Of a DNA stretch of 64,000 nt, positions 49,229-61,157 are shown one piece after another. Numbering within the stretch: the stretch's first letter is position 1; each line of letters begins with the position of its first letter. The notes beneath the pieces were generated by a model, which saw nothing but the letters and a program-made list of their open reading frames with translations, was not told the origin of the DNA and searched no databases. The stretch comes from Kudoa neothunni. Taxonomy: Eukaryota; Animalia; Cnidaria. The DNA is taken from contig OZ199840.1 in assembly GCA_964304625.1 (NCBI GenBank), positions 6,637,252 to 6,701,251 on the forward strand, read 5' to 3'. The position numbers were made by a program, and so were the translations under genes.

Positions 49229-52200
49229 TAGGGGTTAAGATCGGCTCGGTTTTTAAAATCTATTTTTTAATTGATATAATTTAGCTTCTATTATCAGTTG
49301 ATGCTGAATTTTAGACAAAGAATCACAAAAATAAGTAATCAATCACATTTTTACATATTTTTAGTGATAGTAAAGTATGCGGAACCTAAAAAACATCCCC
49401 TTATGCATGTTCTTTCGCATTTCTTTTTTCACGATTCTTGATAATAAAATAAAAGAATATGAAATCCACAAATTTAGCTGAAAATAACTTCAAGATTTTG
49501 AGAATTATTCATCCGAATGTGGTCGGATACACGTGTATTCTCCATCTTTTTTTCGACAAACATTGAATTTTTATGTTCCTATCTTAGTTATTAACTCAAA
49601 AGTTATTTATTATTACCATTTAGATTTTTAGCTTTTGATATCTAACAATTTTGTATAAACTAACTTGGAAAATAAACTACTTGCAAATTTCAAATATCTG
49701 TCATTGTAGTAAGATTTTTGTTAGTTTATAATTTTTTAGATTAAATTTTTTTAAAGAAATTAAGAATTTATTTAATTTTTATTATTAAAATTCAGAAACC
49801 TAATTTTTAAAAATGATGATATTAACTTTTTTTGCCTTGCAGTGTTTGTATAATATTAAAAAAAATTATTAAGCGATATTTTTATTGTTTTTTAAGTTTT
49901 TTTATATGTCAAAGTTTGGTAACAAAAAATTCTCCCAAATATACGAATTGAGAATATTGGGAGATGTACAAATACATGTGTTAACTAAAGTTATTTATAT
50001 CGATACACATATAATTGACTAAAACTGATATATTTATAGAAAAATCAATTCTTTGAAGGTATAATAACAACTTTTTTACGTTTGTTGAATGTTAGAATAA
50101 ACACACACGTAAAATTTCCTCTAATAAAGTAATAACATCATATAATCGACCTCAAGCTATTTACCTTTTAAAATTAAATGCTTATCTTAAATATAGTGTT
50201 GATTTATTTTTAAAAAATTTATCAGTTCTGTTGGAGATTATAACTAATATATAAATTAACGGCGGTTTCACCGCCTTTTTAAGTAAGCTCTATTATGTTT
50301 TACTGTCGGACCTGAACGAGCCGCGTGTGTGTTTATTCTAAGTCTGAGTGAGCGTGAAAGAAAACACAAGTTATAAGAAAATGCATTTTGAGAGCACGCA
50401 GTTAAGTTCTTGTTTAAAACCATTCATATTTAAAAACCAATAAAAACATGTATAGATAAATTTGTGGATTTCATATTCTTTTATTTTATTATCAAGAATC
50501 GTGAAAAAAATGCGTAAGAGGACGTTTTTTAGGTGCCGCATACTTTACTATTACTAAAAATGTGATTGATGCAGTATTTAAAAAAAAATAAACGCGTTTT
50601 TAAAATATTAAAGGGGTAACAAAATTTTTTGATAGTGGCATGTGATTTAATAGCGAATAAGTTTTTTTTGTTCATCATTACGGTGATGGTATCTGCTACT
50701 TGGAGCTATTTCGTTAAGCTTGGTAATGAAAAAGCAAAATGTAACAAATGTGATGCAGTACTTATGTGCAAAAAAAGTTCGAATAGTACATTGCATGCAC
50801 ACGCTAAATTACATGGGATTGATTCGAAAAATAAGTTGCTGCAATCGCTGATATTTTTCTATTGAAATTTAGAAACATACAAATAAAACCCGTTATTGAA
50901 AGTTTTGCGAGAAAAAGTCCTTGGGATTTTTACCTGGATAGTGATATTGACAAAATTGCAAAAAGTACCACCATAAGACGATTGTTGAAAAAAGTTCATA
51001 ATAAAGAAATCCGAGTATCCTATGATGAAATTTTCGATTCTTGCGTAAAAGTAGAAGCATCTATGATGAGCAAGATAAAAAAATTTTTCCGGTGCCAATT
51101 CAAGATCTGCGCTCTGTTCTGATGAGTGGACGTCATGGTCTAAACAATGATTTCTTAATATTCAAGCATATTTCGAAGGCAAAAAAATTTCGCTCGGGGT
51201 TATTAGAGTCACCGAAAGATGTACAGGCGTAGAATTGGCGTCCTTAATCAAAAACCAACTATCGAAATTTGACGTTACGTCCTTATTTACGTGTACCGAT
51301 GGAGCGTCAAACATGGCAAAATGCACTTTTGAATTGGGTTTTCAGCAGATAAAGTGCATGCTACACGGAATAAATTTAGGTAATTGAATTGTTAATTGAC
51401 AAACCTACATTAACGTATAGCCAGCAGCAAAAAAATATCGAAACTATAACTGACGAGCCGGAGTTTGATGAGCAAGAATTTGTCCTTGTGCCAAGTTTCT
51501 TAGATATTTTATCTCGGATGAGGTCAGTTGTCAGTTACTTTTCAAGATCTGGATTGGCCTCAGACGCATTGAGAAAATCATGTGAAAGAAAAGGCATTAA
51601 ATACCTATCAATGAATATCAATTGTGTGACACGATGGTCAAGTTGTTACGATATGTTAGTTAAATTTGTGAAGATGTTCGAGGCCATTGAAGACGCTTAC
51701 ATGATTTTAGAAAAGGATTTACTTATCGATAAAGATATTGTAAAAATGACTGAGTGTTAAGGAATTAACATCATGTCTGGAAATTGTGCATCGCGCCGTT
51801 CTCAAACTTTCAGAGCCACAAATAAATCTTGCACAATGTGACTTCATACTAACCAACACAATTGAGGATCTCTCTCTTATTGACGGAACAATTTCAGAAA
51901 ATTTAAAAATGAAATTTATCGAACGCTGCTTTGAACGACGCACCATTTAGTCTGACATATTTATATTTTTGAGTTTCGATTCAAACATTTGTGAAAAGAG
52001 TTTATTCTACAGAAGACCGTCAAATTTTGAGCTACAAGAAGCAATTAATTTCATTGAACCGAATGATCAAATCCACAACCATGAACCTTCGGAAGCTGAA
52101 GTGGATTTAGACGATTTGATAAATTACGCGGCCAGACCGAAAAAGTCAAAATATTGTTCGGATTCCAACGGAATTACCAATTTTATTAATCACGGTGTGA

Positions 52201-52659
52201 TGTCAGATCGTTTAGAGAGGGTTCGTAAAACTCTCTCTACCATAAGGCCTACAAGTATTGACTCAGAAAGATGTTTTTCCCTATGCAACCGTGTTATTTC
52301 CCCCTTGAGAACAAAACTGAGTGATTCGAAGTTTGAGACAATTGTTTTTATTTATGAAAATAGAAATAATTAAATTGAAATTTGAATTATAGAATTTTTT
52401 ATAGTGCGTTTGAAAAAATTTTAGCTTAAAATATATATAATCGTTTTCAAAGGTGATTACAAACAATGTTAAATAATAAAATTAATCCTATTCTAAAATA
52501 ATTAAAAATTTGGGTTGAAAAAGTATGTTTAAACAAAGAGTGACTAAAACAAGATTTAATTCCATCACATATTTAAATTTTTTTTTGCTTGCACAAAAAT
52601 TTCCAATGATGATTGAGAAAATTATTTACAAAACCGAAACCGAACCGTCTTAACCCCTA
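49229..52659 (+). mobile_element. Full-length Ac-type hAT element
   Basis: Perfect 12-bp TIR TAGGGGTTAAGA. Perfect 8-bp TSD GTGTGCAC at 49221-49228 and 52660-52667. Confidence 0.96.
50686..52373 (+). pseudogene. hAT transposase (BED finger, DDE, dimerisation domain), frameshifted
   Basis: WSYF..AKCNKC..LHAHAKLH BED finger; DEWTS (~51121); TDGASNM; C..HG; TRWSS; PTSIDSERCFS. Putative intron 50835-50872. Confidence 0.9.
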
Positions 52660-52925
52660 GTGTGCACAATAAGGTGGGGTTTCACTGGTTCTTGGAAACT
52701 TAACGAAGATTTCACGTGTGCCGACGGTGTTGTATTCGGGATTTTGCACCAAAATTAGACGTTACCATAATTAGCTGAATATTTCCTCTCGGTATTCCTT
52801 TATTTTATTATGAACATTCGTGAAAGAATCGACGAAAAAAAATGATGCGCAAAAGGGGTGTTTTTCGGAGCCACATCCTACCCTATTACCCAATCATATT
52901 GACTGGAAGACGAATCCTCAATTAA

Positions 52926-55339
52926 CCCATATAGACTCGGTACCCTTTGTCCTTAAGTTACAGAGCTATAATTTTGTATATACTCTCAAAATACATTTGT
53001 GAATTATATATTTTAAAATAAAAAAAATATCTTTGTTTTAACATACTCTTTAACATGTTGCGTTAACGCAACATATAATCTACAGCGACCATAGGGATTA
53101 ATGGATTAAATTTATTTATAATCGTATACATAACTTTGTTTTGAAAAAAACAAGCATGAAAATAATAAAATAATTGAGTGTAAGGTACCAGTTAATGAAG
53201 TTTGTTAAAACAAGTAGGGTGACATGGCAAACAGCAACCACGACAAACAAACACAGTATTGGACTTGCAAATTTTGCATCTTGCTCTTTTTTCATCCGTA
53301 CGTCGCTCAATAGTTTTATCGCTACATAAATTGCGTGTAAATTGGAAAGATACTGAGGATATGCGTTTTCTTGTTGTATCGAATTTGACAGTTAAAAGTT
53401 TTGACACAAGCGTTCTTCGAAACATAAGGGAATCCCCAGTATCAGGATGGAGCAATTTAAATATTTTTTGTGAATTGGAAACTGCCATATCGATATAATT
53501 GCAAAATATATTCCAATACCACTTTTTTCCAGCTATTGAAATTCTGTAGGTGGCAATAGCTGAATCGAGGGAATCGACGCCACCCATATAACGGTTATAG
53601 CTGGCAACAACGTTTGGCATTGGAATATACACATCTCTTTTATTACCCTTAGAATACCTTCTGGCATTCTTTATTGGTTCAATTTGATCAAAATTTGTCC
53701 CTATAATAACTGGCCTGGTATCATTCCATTTAACCAGCATCACTTTGTTGGCATTGTATGATTCAAAAAAACCACGATTTTCTTTTTTGAAAACTGTATC
53801 GCATGTAAATGGACACTTCAGGGTCCTATTTTGTCGAACCGTTCCGGTGGCTTTTACGTTTAAAGAAGACAAATAGTTTAAAAGTCCCACTGAAGTGAAG
53901 AAATTGTCGAAATAAAACTCGTGGAGTCTAGGATATTCGACCAATTTCACAAAGTTTTTTACGACACTACCACCTAACCCTAATTTCTTATCTATGTTTG
54001 TTCCTTTTCCACAATAAATGTCTGTGGAGAAGACATAGCCATCGTACGAACATAGACACCAACATTTAAAACCAAATTTGATTGGTTTACCTTTTATATA
54101 CATTTTTGCGGAATGATGTCCAAAATAAGGTATCATTTGTTCGTCGATGGAAAGACATCTCGAAAAGTAACCGAATCGTTGAAAGTTTTTGTTCAAGATG
54201 TTCATATAATTTCTAACCTTAAAAAAGCGATCATTTTTATATGCATCATCAGAAAGTAAATTATTGTCGCATAAGTGAATATATTTTTTTATTTGTGTGA
54301 ATCTTTTGTAGGACATACATTTCTTTACTGCTTCAACACCGCAATCCATACCTTCTTCCCAATACATTCGTTGTCTTGGAAGATGGTTATAACCACTCAA
54401 TATCAAAATTCCAATAAAATTCATCAATTCATTTTTTTCAATGTCAAAATCAATCTCGTTATTTTGACCGGCATATGTGACACTTTCTTTAATAATCAAA
54501 TTTAAGACATTGGAATCAAAGAACAATTCAAAAATCTCGCGTTCATCCATTGCAACAATCGTGGGTTCAAATTTATCCAAGTAAAAGTCACAACCATCTA
54601 ATAAAATACTTAAGATTATGTATAAAAACCCTTTCGTTTATACCTTCCAGAGAAATATCTGGATCCCTATTGGATACAGATCTGTTTGAGTAATCATTAA
54701 GCTCCCAACAGAATAATTCGTCTTCAATATCGTCAAAATCTTTATTAATTACTTCCACTTGACATGATATTTCTTTGTTGAGTTGATTATCGCTGAAAGT
54801 ATTCGTGTCTTCGTCATTTGTACTTTCGTTATCAGTTACAACATCAACCCTTTCTGGAGGAATAATAACTATATCGATCAGATTTTCATCCGCATTTTCT
54901 TCGATTTCATTTATTACGTCAAGGTATAGATTATAGCGCTTGTTCTCCATTTTATGACAAAATTGTCGCCGTAGATTATATGTTGCGTTCGCGCAACAAA
55001 AATTGATCCTTATATTAAACTTTGAAGGAAACTTTTTAGATCGCTTCTTTCATTTTAAGGACAATTATCATATCATGATCTAATTATTTTTAAATTATTG
55101 GCATCATTGAGTTTAACGCTATGAAATAAACGGAAGAATATGAAAACACTTCAATGATGACCTTTCGCACATTTAATTATAGTCACATTTTAAATTGCAG
55201 AAGTTATTTTTTTCTAAAAATAAAAATTTATGTATTCTTCTAAATAATTAAATCAATTTTGTGTCATCGTACCCACTAACGTATGAGAAAAATAACAACA
55301 AAGTTTTGTTGCGTTATTGCAACATATAGTCTATACGGG
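52926..55339 (-). mobile_element. piggyBac element F (PGBD2/3-like clade), apparently complete
   Basis: TIR CCC(A/G)TATAGACT with TTAA on both sides. GTTGCG-N4-(C/T)GCAAC palindromes at 53057, 54982, 55308. Confidence 0.95.
53192..54950 (-). CDS. piggyBac transposase, 570 aa, two exons (54950-54644 and 54597-53192)
   Basis: A 46-nt GT-AG intron (54643-54598) joins the 120-aa and 462-aa ORFs in frame. SIDEQM, YFDNFFT, GGVDSLD triad and C-terminal CKIC..CRGC..CHPTC are intact. Confidence 0.85.
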
Positions 55340-55796
55340 TTAATTTTTCGGCGTCGTCGAACATATTTCAAAAATCATTTAAATAAAGGGGTATATAATT
55401 AAGCATAGATAAAAAATATACTTTAGTATCAATAAAAATTTAAATTAGCGAAACACGCTGTGCTTTCCCGACAACTCTGAATGGATTAATTTTCGTCAAT
55501 CTTCTATCGGCACGTAAAAACCATAACACTTCTTTTTTATTATTAAACTTAAAATAATTGATATTTTAACCATATAAACTCATATATAAGCAGTTTAAAA
55601 AGATTATAATATTGATCTGGTGGTAAAATTAGATATATTATAAGGCGACATATTTTAAAATTCGTATTTTTACAATAATACGGCATCATATTCAATTTAT
55701 TCTTATCCTTCTTAAACTCTAATATATTATAAAAAGATTGAATAAATTTCATGACGCCCATATAAATGTGTCAAGAATTATAAGCAAAAGTATCAT

Positions 55797-55835
55797 ATTG
55801 GGGTGTCCAATATACCCCGCATCGGACAGGAGGGG
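55797..55835. mobile_element. Solo piggyBac-type terminus resembling the right end of element D
   Basis: TGGGGTGTCCAATATACCCCGCATCGGACAGGAGGGG|TTAA versus 36499-36538. Confidence 0.65.
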
Positions 55836-56860
55836 TTAATATAAAAATTGAAAAACGTTGACATTAACGTTTAATTTCGTTCAACCCCTCTAACATTAAA
55901 ATCGCCAAATAAAGATTATACACTTTGATTTGGAGATATTGTTAAATTTAATGATGACTAAAATTAATGCGCAATACCCACCTACTCAATAACCGTTGTT
56001 GACTGCAATTGCTGTACAGCATTTTTTCCTCCACATTATCGCGCGCGCGATCATAGAAATTACGAACTACCCGTCACCCATTGTATTATAATTTATCTGT
56101 TATCCACATTGTATCTATCGTTTTTACACAACTGCATAAAAGTGGTTACCTACTCTACGCCTCTTTTATTGCTTAGAATAATTAACTATAACAAAAAAAT
56201 TCATACTGATTATTACTAATACACATGCGAACATATATTACCAATCAGAAAATACACACAAAATTTTTTAAGGAAATCGTAATCTTTAGAAATCAATAAA
56301 CAAAATAATGTTTCTAATTAAGATCAAAATGCCAACGATTCCATTTAATAAGAATGGATTAATGAATAATGCTAACCATAGACTTTTACAACAAAAAAAT
56401 AAATTATTCTATATCCCCCAATAAAAAAGAAATTTCCATCACAATATTAAGAATTACGCGCACGCAGTGAAATTTGGGTAGAAGCCACAAGTAACATTAT
56501 TCCCCATCACTTCAATCAAAATAGAAATATTATCTATTTTGTATATTTTTAAGAATATCCACATGTATTATAACTAAATATAATGTTCGTTATTGTGATT
56601 TACCATCTATTTGATTCTCGATTCAATTTGCACGCGTTGCGCATGCATCCAAACATCAAATAGACTTGTTCCCACTCAATCATTCAACGATTATAAAACT
56701 AAGCTAAATATTAAATCAAACAATAATTCTCTAGCGCTGCTGCAAATATTGATTTTTTAAGCATTTAATAATCGTTTTCCTGCATTTCTCTATCGCGCAG
56801 GCGCGGCTACACATATTGTTGCTTGTACATTCCTCCGCTTGGTATTTTTAACAGTGCATT

Positions 56861-59800
56861 ATGGATGACGCTGAGCCTAACACAGATTCTCAGAATGAGC
56901 TCAATGATGTATTTAGTTCAAGAATAGGTATAATATTCCCTCCGCCAGAAGTGAAAGGTAACCATTTTCACATCTATTATTTTCATTAGTTGTACGGTTA
57001 ACGTTATTTGTGTGTATTTTTAGCCATTGTGGATAAAACGGCACTTTTTGTGTCAAAAAATGGTAAAAACATTGCATTCAAATGATAGGCATTGTTATTT
57101 GAATTGGATGTATTAGGAATCGAATTTGAAGAAAGAATTCGAGCCAATGAAGCAAATAATTTAAAATTTAACTTTTTGAATCAAAATGACCCATATTTTG
57201 GATATTATCAATATAAATTGAAAGAAAATGCTGAACAATTAATCAATTCTCATGCAAAAATAACTTCAGGCAATTAAATTTGCATTAATTTTAATGTATT
57301 TATAATTTTATTATATTAGAGCCATCAGCCAACATCAAAACTACTACAGTTGGTGGAAACAATTACGAAGTTGAGATGGCTGGTGAGATACCGACTCCTG
57401 ATGACGATTCTGCTCTGCTCGGAGGAACTGTTAGCTATTATGAAAAGTTAATGAAAGACACTACGCTAGTACTATCATACAAACTAAATATATTATCTAT
57501 AATGATGTTTAGTCATATGAGAAAATTGTTGAGATACCTAAATACACGGAAGTAGAGCTCCAAAGTGTTGTTCTTCCAAAGCCATACGAATTTATGAATC
57601 CTCATCCTAACATACTACTCATGGATATGTATTTTTATTGAATTTAATCAATCTATACGATTATTCATAGAGATATTATGAAAATTACCGCACAATTTGT
57701 GGCAAAAGGTGGTCGTTTATTTTTGAATAACTTGATGCAACGTGAACAGGTAAATTTTTGCAGCTTTTAATCGCATTGTGGTTCTCAGCATTTGATAATA
57801 CGTTTTAAAACGTTAGAGGAATTATTTCTTCGATTTTCTAAAACCTCAACACTCTCTCTACACATATTTTCTTTCGCTGGTCGATCAATACACTAAAATT
57901 ATAAATCCATCCCCTTCGATGTTGGATTTAATACGCAATTCGATGGATAGCAATCAAGTGAATGTATCTTTTTTATAAGATTTTTTGTATTGATTTTGTT
58001 TTTTCGGCAATTATTCAGTTGATTAAAAGTTTAAAAGTTCGCTGTTTCTTTGAAAAACAACGTGTAGACCAAAAAGAAATCGAGGACGAAGCCAATGAAA
58101 AAGATCGAAGTAAACTCATTTTGACTTTAATTACTATTTCGAATACTTTTCTCATTTAGTTGCGTTTGCTCAGATTGATTGGCACGATTTCGTTATAGTA
58201 GAACAAGTTCATTTTAAGGACGACGATAAATCTGCACTACCCCATCCAGTTAGTTTGGAAAAACTTGGAGAGCGACTTCTTGCTCAAGAACACTATGAAG
58301 CTATGAGAGTATTTGTTTCGGCGTTCCACGCCTGTTGGCTAGTGATCAACTCATTGCTTTAGAGGGAACAAGAAGAGAAGAAATATGCTGCTTCAAATTT
58401 GGAAAATGTTTCTCAGGAACAATTAGCCAACTCATCTGCATCTGCTACACAAGTCAATGTGATCAACTCTTCAAGTGACATTCCAGAGGTAATTTCTATA
58501 CAAGTCATTTTCTTGTTTCTACAAATACTCTTTAGAATACATCAAATATTGGTACTGATGCCGATGCGGTTGCGGATGCAATAGGTGGTAAACCTTCAAA
58601 GCGAAGGTTCGAACCTGCAGATGTATCATCTTCTGTTTTCAAAAAGGCCGGCCTCATATCAAGTGATTCCACCGGTGGTGCTTCCAAAAATAAAGACAAG
58701 TAATTTTTTAATAACGTTTTGATTGTAGTTTCATGAATTTAGATTGATGGTATCGCCTATTACTGGTGAACTCATTCCTGCTGATTCCATTGCTGAGCAT
58801 ATGCGAATCAATCTGCTGGATCCAAGATATAAGGAACAAAAAGAACGTTTGTTCGCCGAGAAAAAACAACAAGACGAAGTATACACTGTGGGTTCATCTA
58901 TGGTTTCTCATTTGAAAGAATTGGCTCAACGACGTTCCGATATATTCGGACCCAGTACTCAAGAGATTCAGATTGGTAAAAAATTAGAAGATTACCAACC
59001 GGTAACCACCTACAAAACGGCGGTTCCTATTGTCAATTCGTCATCCTCTCAGCCAACTGGAAACGATAAACCAAATGATAATCTTTTGAACGTTCAACAG
59101 TCAAGACTCAACAATTCATCTCATCCTATATCCAATGTACAAAAACCTCTACTATTTACACCCGTTAGTGCTAATGTGATCACCAAAGTTCCAGGTAATA
59201 GTTGATGGTGAATCAAAATGATTAAAAATTTTATTTTAAATGCAGAGGGTCTGTCCCAGCCTCAAAAATACCCTCACATGATGCCAGGCAGTAGCGGCGT
59301 TGGGATTTTCCCACAGACTCATACTCAACCGCTACCCTACAACACCCACAATACACCAGTTGGACTTCCACCACCTGCTTTCAATCCTATGGCTGCCAGA
59401 ATGCCACTTCCAATGATGAACGCCAATCCACAGTTGAGAGGCATGCCACCAACCCATCACATGATGAATTTGGGGCAACCGATGAACAATATAGCTGGTG
59501 TTGGTCTGCATGGTTTGCCCCCTCCATCGTTAGCTACTAATAGCGCTGATCCATTCGCCAAACAAGCCAATCCAATCGAAAGCATGCTTATACCTGAGGC
59601 TGTTTTCTTATCTAGCAACACCAAACATGAAATCACTCTAAAGGTAGATTATTGTTTTCTTTTTTCTTAATGCTTATTGTGCCATTGAAGATTAAAATGC
59701 CTCAAAATGAAGAATTGAACAAAAAACATGGTTGGAAACTGGAGGGTCAATTTGAGTCGATACCGTCTAATATGACGTGGAAAGTATGTGACTTTAACAG

Positions 59801-60071
59801 CTTCGTCAGTTAAGCAACTTATCTCATATTTAGATATCTCAACTCAAGGCAGAAATCACTAAGGCTATCGGAGTGCCACCTTCCAAACAAAAACTCACCA
59901 TTGGACAGGTAATATCTATCTACTAAGTGTTTCTGGTATTGGATTTCATCTTATGGGGATTGGTTGTAGGGATTTTTTATGAAGGATGCCAACACTCTTG
60001 CCTATTATAACCTCATGGATTCGTCGTTTGTGAACCTGCAGATCAAAGAGCGTGGCGGGAAAAACAAATAA
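56861..60071 (+). CDS. SF3A1: Splicing factor 3A subunit 1 (U2 snRNP), about 16 exons
   Basis: GIIFPPPEVK.IVDKTA.FV.KNG (SURP1); IMKITAQFVAKGG..FDFLKPQH (SURP2); FAQIDWHDFV; SPITGELIP..EHMRI.LLDP; Pro-rich tract; ubiquitin-like domain ending KDANTLAYYN..KERGGKNK*. Confidence 0.97.
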
Positions 60072-60535
60072 ACAATTGTGTATCATGGAGAACTTAATTT
60101 GGTCGCACTCCAAGTGCTTTATTAGACATGTTTATTTTTGGCGAAACTAATGCACACTCTCTATTTAAACTTGCTTAAATCAACCTGGTTTATCTAAGAA
60201 ATTTAATAGAATTTATTTCCATCCCTATCAAATCTATAAAGTTAGTTGTTCCCTAAATTTAAGATAATTGTAAATTTTCTTATAATTACTATTCGAAATA
60301 GAACTCGATAAAATTCGCCATTTTTTAATTTGCATAAAATTACCATGTATATTTGAGTATTAAGTAAGTCCCACCTGTTCCTATTACATAAATTTTATTA
60401 ATCGTAATTTTTTCTCTAATTTCATATTTTATTTTTGCATTTAATAATATCGATATGAAAACCTTATAACGTTAAAAGAATTATTTTTTCAATTTCACAT
60501 AAATACAGTATTTCACGATCAAGATGCAAACACGC

Positions 60536-61146
60536 TTAAAAATGACACAAAAAACTGTGATAATGCCTTAAATTTATAACGAATGAACAATCCAAATGTT
60601 TATTTCTTCTCAGACATGCTAAAAAATATGATTTAAACTGTCGAATATAACTTTGGCAGTTGGCTTCAGAGACAACTCTTTGGCTTAATTCAATGCATTT
60701 AAGCAAGGCTTCATGAGTTTTTGGTGCCTGTCTTTTCACTTCACACTTTAACTTATTGAAGACTTCCTCAGTCGGGTTAAGAAAGGGGAATAAGGTGGCA
60801 ATAGGAGTAATTTTTGTCCGCTATTATGTATGATGCTCCTAACATCATCTGTTTCATGGAAGGCCATATTATCCATGATTATCAAGTATTTTTTGTTTTC
60901 TGTAGCCAAATCATCGAAGAATTGGATTAAGAAATCGCCGAAAACTGATTGGTTTACACCACCTCGATATAGCCTAAACCCACATGTTTTAATGATGCTC
61001 ATCGCCGCAATTAGAGTGACATTTTGCGATCCGATGGTTTTTACTCTTAAGTTGACTCTTGTTCCACAAAGAGACGCATAAGGAAAATTCGCCAACGAGG
61101 TGCGCGCGTGCACATTGAAAAAAGTCGAGACGTTCAAATCACTCAA
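60536..61146 (-). pseudogene. IS630-Tc1 (DD34E) transposase 3' fragment
   Basis: QNVTLIAAM, IIMDNMAFH...LPPYSPFL(NPTEE after a frameshift near 60780). Confidence 0.85.
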
Positions 61147-61157
61147 TATATTATATT

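Noticed and set aside
59218-59670. Pro/Met/Asn-rich ORF as a separate gene
   Set aside because: It is the Pro-rich exon of SF3A1, in frame with flanking exons.
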